This document shows positions 20,758 to 31,263 of a DNA stretch of 64,000 nt, one piece after another. Under the pieces are notes generated by a model. That model was not told the origin of the DNA. It saw only the letters and a program-made list of their open reading frames with translations, and did not search any database. The translations under genes and the position numbers were made by a program. Source of the DNA: an uncultured Methanosarcinaceae archaeon. Lineage in GTDB: Archaea > Halobacteriota > Methanosarcinia > Methanosarcinales > Methanosarcinaceae. The stretch spans positions 4,828 through 68,827 of the forward strand of contig CAVXNY010000007.1 of NCBI GenBank assembly GCA_963763235.1, written 5' to 3'. How positions within the stretch are numbered: position 1 is the first letter of the stretch; every line of letters starts with the position of its first letter.

Positions 20758-21795
20758 ATGTTATACGCTTTTGAACTCTCGGGAGAGCATGAAGAATTGC
20801 CAGCTGCTGAAGTTCTTGCTTGCCTCAAAATAGAGGAGCTTGATTTTCAGCCACATACCAGGGTTGACCAGTGCCTGGTGGTGGATATAGCAGGTAAAGA
20901 AGCGGATGTGGAAAAAAATCTTAAAGGTCCAATAACTGAAAGGCTCGCAATGACCCATCATATCCTAAAAGTTATAGGGATCACTGAAAACACCCTGGAT
21001 TCGGTTCTGGTACTTACAAACTCCTTTGAGCCCTCGTACTTTCTAAAGGAAGGTCAAAGTTTTGTAGTTAGGACAAAAAGTGTTAAACATCACGTGAACT
21101 TTCCCAGCAATCTTCTGGAACCAAAAATCGGAGGATTTATCAATAAAAAGGGCTTTCAGGCGAACCTGAAAAATCCTGATGTTGAATTCCGGCTGATCTT
21201 AAGTGGAAAGGCTGTTTTCGGAACGCTTATCTCTTCCATCAACAGAAGTGCATATGAAGCCAGAAATCCCCAAAATAAACCTTTTTTCCATCCTGGAGTC
21301 CTTATGCCCAGGCTAGCACGTGCTATCACAAACCTTTCCAAAATAAAACCAGAGGAGTTCTTTCTGGACCCTTTTTGTGGTACTGCTGGCATACTTATTG
21401 AGGCCGGAATTTTGGGAGCACGAGTTATAGGAATCGATGCCCAAGAAAAAATTGTTCGGGGTGCCGGCATGAACCTTAGTGCCTTTGAGCTGGACTATAC
21501 CTTGGTGAAAGGAGATGCCCGTATGATGCCGTTTAAGGAAGGAACAATAAGCGCAATCGTGACTGATCCACCATATGGAAAGTCGGCAGCAATTCTTGCC
21601 GAATCCTTAGAGGATCTTTATTCCTCTGCTCTTGAGGATATTCAACGTGTCCTGAAGCCAGGAGGTATTGCAGTTGTAGTCTCTGACAAGGATGCATCTG
21701 AATACGGAAAACGGGTAGGACTTAAGGTTCTTGAAATTTATTTCCAGAGAGTGCACAGAAGCCTTACTCGGAGAGTAACCATTTTTCAAAAATAG
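20758..21795 (+). CDS. THUMP-domain tRNA (guanine-10-N2)-methyltransferase (Trm11/TrmG10 type)
   Basis: FELSGEH..LP, N-terminal THUMP, PFFHPG, LDPFCGTAG, TDPPYG, RVHRSLTR. Confidence 0.9.
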   Translation: MLYAFELSGEHEELPAAEVLACLKIEELDFQPHTRVDQCLVVDIAGKEADVEKNLKGPITERLAMTHHILKVIGITENTLDSVLVLTNSFEPSYFLKEGQSFVVRTKSVKHHVNFPSNLLEPKIGGFINKKGFQANLKNPDVEFRLILSGKAVFGTLISSINRSAYEARNPQNKPFFHPGVLMPRLARAITNLSKIKPEEFFLDPFCGTAGILIEAGILGARVIGIDAQEKIVRGAGMNLSAFELDYTLVKGDARMMPFKEGTISAIVTDPPYGKSAAILAESLEDLYSSALEDIQRVLKPGGIAVVVSDKDASEYGKRVGLKVLEIYFQRVHRSLTRRVTIFQK

Positions 21796-22101
21796 ACGAA
21801 ATATTAGATATGAAATATGAAATATGAAAAATGCTCTTAAAGAGATTTTGCAATTTTCGAAGGGTATTCTCGTAACGTTTGATCGGATTGATATATACTG
21901 CCATGTAGAGACGGAAACCAGTTAAGATTATGAATTGAATCGTTATATTTCGTGTTTTGAGTTACTGGTTTAGTTCAAGTTGTTTATAATATTTTTATTT
22001 CTTCTTTTGGGTGAAACTGAGTAAATTCAAAGAGTTTGGTACAAATAACGTGCATAAAAATATGTTATCATAAAAATATTGATTTAAAAGCATAGATAAA
22101 T

Positions 22102-22188
22102 GAGGATTTCAATAAACCTCTGATTTTCACAAGTTATTAATATATACTTATAAGCATATGAAGAAATTTAAGGACTTCTCGAAATCCT
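22102..22188. mobile_element. MITE family B, copy 2
   Basis: GAGGATTTCAATAAAC...TATAAGCATATGA..AAATTTA.G...CGAAATCCT, colinear with 6287..6376. Confidence 0.65.
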
Positions 22189-22277
22189 TTTAAGTAAATT
22201 AATCTATAGAGATTCAGTGCTATACGTTCAGTTTTCTGCATTTTCTTTATAAAGAAGCTTTTTCTTCAATCAATATC

Positions 22278-22580
22278 TCACTCGATTTTCACATCTACTA
22301 ATTTTCCCAAAGGCTGTTGATAAGGCACTGTGACTTTAAGTATACCGTTTGAGTATTTAGCAACTGCTTTTTCCGGGTTTACCGGGCAGCAGATCGAATA
22401 ACTGTCCAGATACTGAACTCCCTCTTTACTAGCAGCTACATAAAAACTGTCTTCAGTAATCTTAAAAGAAATATCTTTCTTTTCGACTCCTGGAAGAACT
22501 ACCTCAATTAGATAGTTTTCGTAATTGTCGTCAGGATATGCACAGATAACCGGTGATAATCTCAAAGTGTCTGCCATCAT
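22278..22580 (-). CDS. Small Hsp20/alpha-crystallin family protein
   Basis: IEVVLPGVEKKDI...A.AKYSNGILKVTVP. Confidence 0.88.
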   Translation of the reverse strand: MMADTLRLSPVICAYPDDNYENYLIEVVLPGVEKKDISFKITEDSFYVAASKEGVQYLDSYSICCPVNPEKAVAKYSNGILKVTVPYQQPLGKLVDVKIE

Positions 22581-22810
22581 ATTACCCCAAAATATTCATA
22601 TTTGATTAAGGAATCAATTAAATTTAAATTCGCTACTTCAGCCTTCTCTTACCCGCTTACATTTACTCTGTGGATACGAAAAGTGAGTGTAGCAAATTCA
22701 CGATATAAACAATCATTCAAACAATTTTACATATCAAAATTTTAAATATCAAGGTAAAAACCTGGACACAGATAAATTCCAATATTGTTATTTTTTTGAA
22801 CTTATTTGCC

Positions 22811-23034
22811 TTATTTCATCATTTCCGGAACCTTTCGAATGTCAGCTATAGCTTTCTTCTTCAGCTCGATCATATTTTCCATATCATGGATTCTTGCTTC
22901 CAACCATTGTATTTTCATGTTCATTTTCATTACTGCACTTTCCTTTTCTGTTCTTCAGTCAGAAGTGCCCATAACTCAGGTATTGGTCCAGCATGCATAA
23001 TTGGTTGTGTTCCTGTTGATTGTTCATGATGCAT
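22811..23034 (-). pseudogene. Frameshifted ~73-aa coiled-coil small protein
   Basis: GGGGT RBS; MHHEQSTGTQPIMHAGPIPELWALLTEEQKRKV, then shifted AVMKMNMKIQWLEARIHDMENMIELKKKAIADIRKVPEMMK*. Confidence 0.6.
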
Positions 23035-23282
23035 ATTTAACTACCCCTTTCATGTATATTCACAAAATAAAATTTTAGATCGTGTCCTTGAACCATTGAT
23101 CAAATCTGAAAAACGAGTATATCTCCAATTTTTGGGAAACTGTAAAGATAATCTTGAGCTTATGATTTTCAACAACGAATAGACACGCCCAATTCTATCT
23201 CATGAACTACTTACTTTTTTTAAGTAAGTGCTATTATAAAAGAAATGTATCTTTTTATTATCGTTTTATTATCTATATTGTT

Positions 23283-23360
23283 AGAAGATTCCGATAAACC
23301 CAAATTTTTGATTGGTTGTCTTTAAAGTGAATTTAAGCCAGGAATTTATCGAAATTCTCT
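23283..23360. mobile_element. MITE family B variant
   Basis: AGAAGATTCCGATAAAC...TTTATCGAAATTCTCT inverted ends. Confidence 0.55.
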
Positions 23361-23860
23361 ACAATTATTCTGATACTCACACATCCTACTTGTCATCCCT
23401 CACTCATTCACTTTTGATCTTGTTCGCTTTAAGCTACAATATAAATTAATCACTTCATTACTTTAAATTAATTATACAAAAAATGGTTTATGAATAAAAC
23501 TTAATTTCCAATAAAATATTTTAAACCCAAAAAATAATTTTATATTAATTATGTTTTTATTATTTTAGGAGATATTCACAAATTTAAAATTAAGATTTTT
23601 GTCATAAAAAAGAGATTCAGATCAATTTTAGGTCAAATTCTAAATTTTAAAAATATATAACAGTTATTATCAACACCCTCTGACTAAACCACTAATTTTT
23701 AATAATGTGGCCTTGTCCTTGGTTCATTGAACAAATCTGAAAAATGATTATACCTCCCATTTCAATGAAATTTTTGAAGAAAATGCTATATAGCCTCTTT
23801 CAATATATCCAAAATAACACAACTAATTGTGTTATAACTTTATTTTATGGAGAATTTGAT

Positions 23861-24322
23861 ATGAACTGGCCTGCTAAGAGAATATTTCGAGGACCCACAC
23901 GCTGGGATCCATTTGAAGAGATTAGGAAAACCCAGGAACGCCTGAACTTGTTGTTTGAAGACGTTATGCCTTGGGAAAAATTGGAAGGAGGAAATGTATT
24001 TGCTCCTGCCGTTGACATCAAGGACGAAGGAAACAAGCTATTGGTAACCACCGACCTGCCAGGAATAAATAAAGAGGATATTGAGCTAAACCTTAAAGAA
24101 GACATGCTTGAGATAAGTGCAAAGACCGGCAAGGAAAAAGAAACAGAAGAAGAAGGATATATTCGTAAGGAAAGAGAATATACCCACTTTTACCGAGCTG
24201 TTCGCCTGCCTACCAGCGTTACAGAGGAGGGGAGCACTGCAAAAATTGAAAATGGTGTCCTGACTATAACACTTCCGAAAATGGAGCTAAAAGAGCCAGC
24301 AAAAAAAATACAGATTGAATAA
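23861..24322 (+). CDS. Hsp20/alpha-crystallin small heat shock protein
   Basis: WDPFEEI, PAVDI, DLPGINKEDI, FYRAVRLP, AKIENGVLTITLPK; GGAG RBS before ATG 23861. Confidence 0.93.
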   Translation: MNWPAKRIFRGPTRWDPFEEIRKTQERLNLLFEDVMPWEKLEGGNVFAPAVDIKDEGNKLLVTTDLPGINKEDIELNLKEDMLEISAKTGKEKETEEEGYIRKEREYTHFYRAVRLPTSVTEEGSTAKIENGVLTITLPKMELKEPAKKIQIE

Positions 24323-24376
24323 TCTTCACGAGCTGATAGATACTTTTAAATGCAGTATGAAGTTTATTTCATTCAA

Positions 24377-24523
24377 ATATCCCGCAGTTTGCTGCGGGAT
24401 GAAAAATTTCCCTGAGAATCATAATTAACTAACTGATTTATGCTTTTAGCTACCTTTATAATATAAATGGAATTGAGGCATGCAAATCTTTGTAGATATA
24501 AAATGAAGTATCACATGGTTTTT
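24377..24523 (+). mobile_element. IS200/IS605 left end with tnpA 5' remnant
   Basis: Hairpin ATCCCGCAG-TTTG-CTGCGGGAT; ATG 24467 gives MELRHANLCRYKMKYHMV (Y1 TnpA N-terminus). Second copy at 51333. Confidence 0.7.
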
Positions 24524-24806
24524 TTTCCATGGTTATAGAATTTCAAGTGACTTAAGCGTCAATAATTATGTTTGCAACTATAATTAGTTTTAAAAATATA
24601 ATTAAATAGTGAGTTGACTCTAATTAGTCTAGCCACATCTTAAACGTTTAACGGAGAGCCTCAGAACCAATCTCGGGCTTACGCGGTTTAAATGAAATAT
24701 ATATTTTTGCGGTCAGGTTTTAAGTACAGATAACAACTTGAGCAATAGATACTTATTTTATTAATCCTAATATTCTATTAGTTTTATAATACACGGGGGT
24801 AAGTTA

Positions 24807-25199
24807 TTGAACGAATTCAATGTGATTGAAATTGATGATACTATCTGGGAACAGTTGGTAGAAAAGTCTTCAAAGCCAGTTATTGTAATGTTTTATAGCC
24901 CAGAATGTCCTTTTTGTAAGGTCATGGATTCTTATTTTGTGAAGTATGCGCAGGAATTCAATAATTCGGCCGTTTTTACCCGCATGAATATTGTAATAAA
25001 TCCGTGGACTTCAGAAAGGTACGGAGTTCAGAGTACTCCAACGTTTAAGTCTTTCTGTCATGGAAAACCTGTATGGGAGCAAGTAGGTGAAATAGATACT
25101 TCTATGTTAAAAACTGCGATTGAGAACATAATCAATTATGGAGAAGAGTGTATCAGAAAAAGCACTCCAGTTGGACAGAGCATTACAGGATATATATAA
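24807..25199 (+). CDS. Thioredoxin family protein
   Basis: VIVMFYSPECPFC, YGVQSTPTF; TTG start after GGGGGT. Confidence 0.88.
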   Translation: MNEFNVIEIDDTIWEQLVEKSSKPVIVMFYSPECPFCKVMDSYFVKYAQEFNNSAVFTRMNIVINPWTSERYGVQSTPTFKSFCHGKPVWEQVGEIDTSMLKTAIENIINYGEECIRKSTPVGQSITGYI

Positions 25200-25504
25200 A
25201 TTCTTTACAGATGAAGATCGGCGAATTCTTCAAGCATTTCTTCGATCGGATTTACATCTCCAAAATTGTACTTAAAATGCAAGATTTCAACCTTTTCACT
25301 CATAGTTAAATAATTTTTATCGAAGTCATGTTGATTTAATTTCAATGGTAACTTCACAATTTAAAGCCAGAAAAATTATGCTCTCATTTATGATATTTCT
25401 TTAATAGATAAGTTTCAATAAAAATTTGAAAGCATCTTTTTATGTGTTAAAATTTAGTTTTTAAAATTATGCGGGGTTGATCAGTAAAGTGAAATAAAAA
25501 ATTT

Positions 25505-25680
25505 AATTTTTACCTCATTCAGATTTTACCATTATGCTTCATCCATGTCTTTCTAAAATTCCTCTACAAATTGCAAGTCCTATTATGTTCCAAGAATTCT
25601 TCCCTGTTATACAGTCTTTTAGAAATTTCAAAGATTCTTTTTTCCGAATATTGCGGATCAATTCAAAATGACCGAAGACG
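25505..25680 (-). pseudogene. Histidine kinase HATPase C-terminal fragment
   Basis: IDPQYSE.RIFEISKRLYNREEF..IGLAICRGILERHG; similar to 37060..37156. Confidence 0.65.
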
Positions 25681-26010
25681 CAGTCTTTATTTTTCAGTGA
25701 ATTTTTTTGCAATTTCGATTACGTGTTTGTCTGATAAAGGATCATTAAGAGTTCTTTTTCAGAAGGCTGATGGATACTGCCTCAGCCTGCGATTGTTGGA
25801 ACTCCATAACGGCTACAGACTGTAATTTCATTCGTTCTCATCTGCCTTTTTCTGCACAAGAAGTATTTATATGATGGTGAAAAGAGCTGTTTTATTGGGA
25901 AAATGGGAAAGATTCTATTTTTGAAAATTGAGAATGCAAAGAGATAAGCACTTAGGAAGGAAATAATATTACAGAGGAAAATTTCAAAGCATTTTTTCAG
26001 GGAGTTTATT

Positions 26011-27780
26011 ATGGCTCGGTTTATAGAGCTTGCAGAACTTTTTGAAGAGCTCGAGAAAATAACATCTCATAAAGAGATCGTAAAGAAGATTGCTAATTTT
26101 TTTTCTGAGCTTGAAAGAAATGAAGTAAAGGATGTTGCATATCTTTTTCTTGGGAGCATAGGTCCTGCCTTTGAAAATACTACACTTGGGGTTGGGGATA
26201 AGCTTGCTTGTAAAGCTATTGCTGAGGCATATGGGGTTCCCGAAGAGGAAGTTAAAAAAAGGTACTCAAGTAGAGGGGATCTTGGGGATGTTGCATTTGA
26301 ATTGAACAGAGGAGAAGGCGTCTCCATGACAATTGAAGATGTCCTCATAAGGCTCAGAGAATTAAAAAGAGTTTCAGGGAAAGGAAGCCAAGAAGAAAAG
26401 ATCAGGATCCTTTCTGAGATCTTGCAGCGGGCCAACCCTAAAGAAGGGAAATATATACTTAGAATCATTATTGGAAAGATCAGGCTAGGATTTGGAGACC
26501 AATTTTTGCTCGAAGCATTTTCTATTGCCTTTGTCGGAGACAAAAAGTATCTAGACAAAATCAAAGAAAGCTACAGCGTCTGCACTGATATTGGAGAGCT
26601 TGCGGAAGCTTTTGCCGAGTATGGCTCCCAGGCTCTTGGACATTTTTCCATAAAATTGGGCAGACCTGTCAAGTTAATGCTTGCTCAGCGAGTTGAAAAT
26701 TTCGAAGAACTCGAAGAAAGAGTTCCAGGGGAAAAGGCAGCTGAAGAAAAATATGATGGAGAGAGGGTACAGATCCATATAAACGGAAACGAGATTCAAG
26801 CTTTTTCTCGAAGACTTGAAAATATAACTTTCCAATATCCTGATCTCATCGAAGCTATTAGAAAAAGTGTCCTTGTAAACAAAATCGTGCTTGATGGGGA
26901 AATAGTTGCATATGTTGAGGGCAAAAAAAGAAATGAAAGAATAGAAGAATTATATTCGTTCCAAAAACTGATGCAAAGGCGAAGGAAATACGAAATTGAA
27001 AAATACATGAAACTATGCCCCGTAGCTGTCTTCTTTTTCGACATTCTTTATCTGGAAGGAAAAACTCTCCTGAAAAAATCCTATCCAATGAGAAGAAATC
27101 TTCTTGAAAAGTATGTAAAGGAATCAGGAGTAGTTCACTTAGCTAGGAGAATTGTCACTGAAAACCTTGAAGAAATTGAGGACTTTTTTAATGAAACCCT
27201 GGAAAAAAGACTTGAAGGAATTATAATTAAAGCTATGAATAACACTTCGATCTACGAAGCCGGAAAAAGAAGCTGGCTCTGGCTCAAATGGAAAGAAGAA
27301 TATGCTGAGGGAATGAGGGAAACCTTTGATCTAGTAATTGTTGGAAAATATTATGGTAGGGGGAGAAGGAAGAGTTCATTCGGAGCTCTCCTTTGCGCAG
27401 CCCTTAACGAAGAAAAACAGCGTTTTGAAACCTTTACAAAAGTAGGCACAGGTTTCACTGATGAGGACGCAAAAGAAATTGACAACTTGCTTTCAGAGCA
27501 TATTGTACCTGAAATCCCAAAAAATGTCTTTATAAAAAGTAGAATGCTTCCAGATATCTTCATAGAACCAGTTGTGGTTATTGAAGTCCTAGGTACAGAA
27601 ATTACAGAAAGTCCAGGACACACGGCTGGTGAGGGAAAAGGAAAAACAGGATTTTCATTGCGTTTTCCTCGTTTTTTACATATAAGATACGATAAAGATC
27701 TACATGATGTCACGACAGTTAGCGAGATATGGAATTTGAAGGGAGGAATTGAGGGTTACCGGGGAACAAGAAAAAAGTAG
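26011..27780 (+). CDS. lig: ATP-dependent DNA ligase (archaeal type)
   Basis: MLAQ, EEKYDGERVQIH, LDGEIV, FFDILY, EGIIIK, WLKWK, DLVIVG, KVGTGF, LRFPRF. Confidence 0.96.
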   Translation: MARFIELAELFEELEKITSHKEIVKKIANFFSELERNEVKDVAYLFLGSIGPAFENTTLGVGDKLACKAIAEAYGVPEEEVKKRYSSRGDLGDVAFELNRGEGVSMTIEDVLIRLRELKRVSGKGSQEEKIRILSEILQRANPKEGKYILRIIIGKIRLGFGDQFLLEAFSIAFVGDKKYLDKIKESYSVCTDIGELAEAFAEYGSQALGHFSIKLGRPVKLMLAQRVENFEELEERVPGEKAAEEKYDGERVQIHINGNEIQAFSRRLENITFQYPDLIEAIRKSVLVNKIVLDGEIVAYVEGKKRNERIEELYSFQKLMQRRRKYEIEKYMKLCPVAVFFFDILYLEGKTLLKKSYPMRRNLLEKYVKESGVVHLARRIVTENLEEIEDFFNETLEKRLEGIIIKAMNNTSIYEAGKRSWLWLKWKEEYAEGMRETFDLVIVGKYYGRGRRKSSFGALLCAALNEEKQRFETFTKVGTGFTDEDAKEIDNLLSEHIVPEIPKNVFIKSRMLPDIFIEPVVVIEVLGTEITESPGHTAGEGKGKTGFSLRFPRFLHIRYDKDLHDVTTVSEIWNLKGGIEGYRGTRKK

Positions 27781-27840
27781 AAGAAAATAAGTAAAAATAG
27801 AAGGGGGAAAATAAAGTAAAATGAGGAAGGGGAAAAAACA

Positions 27841-29595
27841 TTGAAAAATCATGAGATTGCTGAGCTTTTTTATGAAGCTGCTGACATTCTTGAATACCAG
27901 CAGGTTGAATGGAAACCAAGGGCTTACAGGAAAGCAGCTGAGATGATAGAAAACCTTGGTGAGGATATAGAAAAACTCTATGAAAGAAGAGGTAAAGATG
28001 GGCTGATTGAAATTCCAGGTGTTGGAGCATCTATTGCCGATCATATTGCTGAGTATCTAGAAACCGGCAAGGTAGAAAAATTTAAAAAACTTAAAGGAAA
28101 AGCTCCTTCAGGAACTTCGGAATTGATGGAAATCTGGGGACTTGGTGCAAAGAGACTGAAAAAACTTGCCGATGCCCTAGGGATAAGAACTCTTTCAGAT
28201 CTCAAAAACGCAATCCATGCACACAAAATTCGGGAGCTCAAAGATTTCGGAGAAAAAAGCGAAGAAAATCTCTTAAAGGCAGTTGAACATTATGAGAAGA
28301 GTCACGATAGAACATCTCTTGGAAAGGTACTTCCACTCGCAGAAGAACTCATTTCAGCCTTAAAGGCCAAATGTGAGAGTAAGATCTGTAAAATAGACCC
28401 CTCGAAGATAATCTACACAGGCTCCCTTCGAAGGTTAAAAGAAACGATTCGAGATATCGATATCCTAGCTGAAGCAGAAAAAGAAGAAGCATTAAAGATG
28501 ATGGATGTCTTTGTCTCCCTTCCTGAAGTTGAACAGATCATCTTGAAAGGTAGTACAAAAAGCAGTGTGATTTTGATAGGAGGAACATCTATTGACCTGA
28601 GGGTAGTCTCATCTGAAAGTTACGGAGCAGCTCTTCAATATTTTACAGGTTCAAAGGTGCACAACATAGAACTTAGAAATATTGCCTTCAGGAAAGGGTA
28701 CAAGCTTTCAGAATACGGTTTGTATTCAAAAGAGTCAGGGGAACAAGTTGCGGGCAAAAGTGAAGAGGATATTTATAAAAAGCTGGGCCTTGCTTATGTA
28801 CCTCCCGAGCTTCGGGAAAATAGGGGAGAAATCAAGGCCGCTGCAAAAAACACCCTCCCGATGCTTATAGAGGTAGGAGACCTCAGAGGAGATCTCCATA
28901 TGCACACAAACTATAGTGAAGGTAGAGAGAGCCTTGAAACTATGATAGAGAAGGCGGACTCTCTTGGCTATGAATACGTCGCCATAACCGATCATTCTCG
29001 CTCTCAGAAACTTGCTAATGGAATGGGAATAGAAAAATTAAAAGCCCAATGGAAAGAAATTGGTAAACTCTCAAAACGCTTCAAGATAAAAATCCTTAGA
29101 GGTTCTGAGATTGAGATCCTTAAGGACGGAAGCTTGGACTATCCGGACGAAATCCTCAAAGAACTTGATATTGTAGTAGGAGCAGTACACTCCGGCTTTT
29201 CAATCTCTAAAAAAAAGATGACTGAAAGGATAATTACAGCTCTGGAAAACAGGTACCTTGACATCCTTGCTCATCCATCTGGCAGGCTCCTCGGGAAAAG
29301 GAAAGCTTATGAAGTGGATTTCAAAAAAGTTTTTGATACAGCAGTCGCAAATGGAAAAGTGATGGAAATAAACAGTCAACCTTCCAGGCTTGACCTTAAT
29401 GATGAGCTTATTCTTCTAGCAAAGGATTTCGGCTTAAAGTTTTGCATTTCCACTGACAGCCATTCTATTTTTGACCTTGCGTTCATCCGATACGGGCTTG
29501 GACAGGCACGTAGAGGATGGCTCGAAAAAAAGGACGTTGTGAATACGTATCCCTACTCCAACCTTAAGGACGTTTTCAAAAAACTCAAGCTCTGA
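27841..29595 (+). CDS. polX: DNA polymerase X / PHP 3'-5' exonuclease
   Basis: AYRKAA, IPGVG, GSLRR.KETI.DID, IDLR, LQYFTGSK.HN, PPELRE; PHP DLHMHT, TDHS, AHP, STDSH. Confidence 0.96.
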   Translation: MKNHEIAELFYEAADILEYQQVEWKPRAYRKAAEMIENLGEDIEKLYERRGKDGLIEIPGVGASIADHIAEYLETGKVEKFKKLKGKAPSGTSELMEIWGLGAKRLKKLADALGIRTLSDLKNAIHAHKIRELKDFGEKSEENLLKAVEHYEKSHDRTSLGKVLPLAEELISALKAKCESKICKIDPSKIIYTGSLRRLKETIRDIDILAEAEKEEALKMMDVFVSLPEVEQIILKGSTKSSVILIGGTSIDLRVVSSESYGAALQYFTGSKVHNIELRNIAFRKGYKLSEYGLYSKESGEQVAGKSEEDIYKKLGLAYVPPELRENRGEIKAAAKNTLPMLIEVGDLRGDLHMHTNYSEGRESLETMIEKADSLGYEYVAITDHSRSQKLANGMGIEKLKAQWKEIGKLSKRFKIKILRGSEIEILKDGSLDYPDEILKELDIVVGAVHSGFSISKKKMTERIITALENRYLDILAHPSGRLLGKRKAYEVDFKKVFDTAVANGKVMEINSQPSRLDLNDELILLAKDFGLKFCISTDSHSIFDLAFIRYGLGQARRGWLEKKDVVNTYPYSNLKDVFKKLKL

Positions 29596-29610
29596 CCCGA
29601 TTCTTATTAG

Positions 29611-29726
29611 AGGACTTACGCAATTGAATTACAAAATCAAGCCCAATAGATATTGTGGTCGAATTCTCTTTTTATACAATAGAGGGTTTTATGTTATTTA
29701 TTTCTTCGTTCAACTGCGTAAATCCT
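29611..29726. mobile_element. MITE family C (~115 bp, TIR AGGACTTACGCA)
   Basis: AGGACTTACGCAATTGAA...TTCAACTGCGTAAATCCT; related copies at 30967..31083 and 48491..48607; solo ends near 14121, 30320 and 51216. Confidence 0.7.
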
Positions 29727-29765
29727 TTCACTTTACTCAAGAGAGTAAAAAATACTACAGAAACA

Positions 29766-30131
29766 TCACACATCAGACAAGTCATCTTTGACCTGTCTAC
29801 ACAGCGTCTCACTTGTCATTCCACAATTCAAAAGACTAAGTGATTCAAATATACCTTCACCTAAACTTATTCCTTCTAGAGCACATTTCTTCATCAAACG
29901 ATCGTAAAGGACTTCATTTTCATTTTTAATAAAGTCGCACATTTCCGAAATAAATTCGTCTGTTATAAGTGGCTCTTTTTTGTTTACCCAACTATCAATT
30001 GACTCTATCAGATATTGACGCATAGATTTATTCTTTCCAAGATCCATAAGATTCGTAAAAGCACATTCGTCTATGCTTAGAACCCACTTACCAAGTTTAT
30101 ACTTAAACATATCTCTACTATCGTCTTCCAA
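29766..30131 (-). CDS. Hypothetical protein, paralog of 1408..1776
   Basis: Colinear similarity; GGAGA RBS and TTG start. Confidence 0.8.
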   Translation of the reverse strand: MEDDSRDMFKYKLGKWVLSIDECAFTNLMDLGKNKSMRQYLIESIDSWVNKKEPLITDEFISEMCDFIKNENEVLYDRLMKKCALEGISLGEGIFESLSLLNCGMTSETLCRQVKDDLSDV

Positions 30132-30753
30132 AAATATCTCTCCACAATAATTAAATTCTCACAATAATTAAAGGCTTCATGATATTTAAGTCATAATAGA
30201 GCTATAAGTGGTATAGGTATACAACCAGGCGCAATAGCCATCATGATTAAAATTTTATGTTTTGGGCAGTTGAAGGTTTAGTATTTACTGTTTTCTCTGT
30301 TCAATTGCGTAAGTCTTAAGGAATTAATCCCCAAATCAAAAATGGTTAAAACGATCTGGTTAAAAAAATGGCTTATTACCGGACTTTCTGTTAATCTTTT
30401 TGATTATAGTTAGACTTTTTTTACATTAAAGATATTTTAAAAGCATCTTAAGTGGTCTATAGCTACTTTTATACATAAAAGGTAGCTTTTATTCCTTATC
30501 TGTCATTCTTGGAAAGCCTTAAAAGCCTTACATCTGTAGTGATTTATAGAAATTAATGGATCTTGCTATAAAAATTTATACATCAGTGAAAAAAATAAAC
30601 AGAAGCTTTGTTAGTAAAACTATTGGTTCTGCATCCAAATTTTTGCAGTGAAAGAAAAGAATAAAGAGCCAATCATGTTTTACAAAACTTTAGCTACACA
30701 ATCAAAGAAACTTACCAAAATTAAATGTAAAATTTAAAAAATAGCAATATTTT

Positions 30754-30954
30754 ATGAAAATGGTTGTTATCTTCGTAAAGTATGGTATTTGTTGTTGTTA
30801 GGCAAAAAGAAAGTATATACCACTTCAAAAAATAACTATTGAAGAAACTTACAGAACAGTTGTTCCTTTACATTCAAGACTTGGCAAGGGGAAACTTATT
30901 GATATTCTTCATCAAACTGGCTTAAGCAAAGAAAAATTAATAGATTTACTCTAA
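30754..30954 (+). pseudogene. HicA-family toxin pseudogene
   Basis: Across two frameshifts: KYG/FVVVRQKES/IPLQKITIEETYRTVVPLHSRLGKGKLIDILHQTGLSKEKLIDLL* (HicA pattern GF..RQ.GSH...VP.H..L..G.L..IL.Q.GL). Confidence 0.7.
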
Positions 30955-30966
30955 ATCTTATATACA

Positions 30967-31083
30967 TAGGAGTTACGTAGTTGATGGCTAAAATCAGGTA
31001 CCAGCAGCTTCATTTGAATTACTGAGATTTAAACAATTAAGTATTTAATGTTGTTGTTTTTCAGTTCAACCTCATGAGCCCTA
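30967..31083. mobile_element. MITE family C copy
   Basis: TAGGAGTTACGTAGTTGA...TTCAACCTCATGAGCCCTA; reverse-orientation relative of 48491..48607. Confidence 0.65.
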
Positions 31084-31263
31084 ACAGATAGCAGAAACGA
31101 GTGCATCGATTCCAGAGCACATACACAAATCTGGATTTTTTAATATCGAGATTTTTTAATATCTTCTGGAATCGTGAAAATTTATCATTAATTTTATTAA
31201 CTATTGACTGCAATCAATTCAAAATCCAGTAACTAGTAAAAAGTCTTCAGAATCTTGTTCTAA

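Noticed and set aside
23744-23860. Long N-terminus of Hsp20
   Set aside because: RBS and homology point to ATG 23861; the upstream part overlaps a dispersed repeat also seen near 23085 and 47090.
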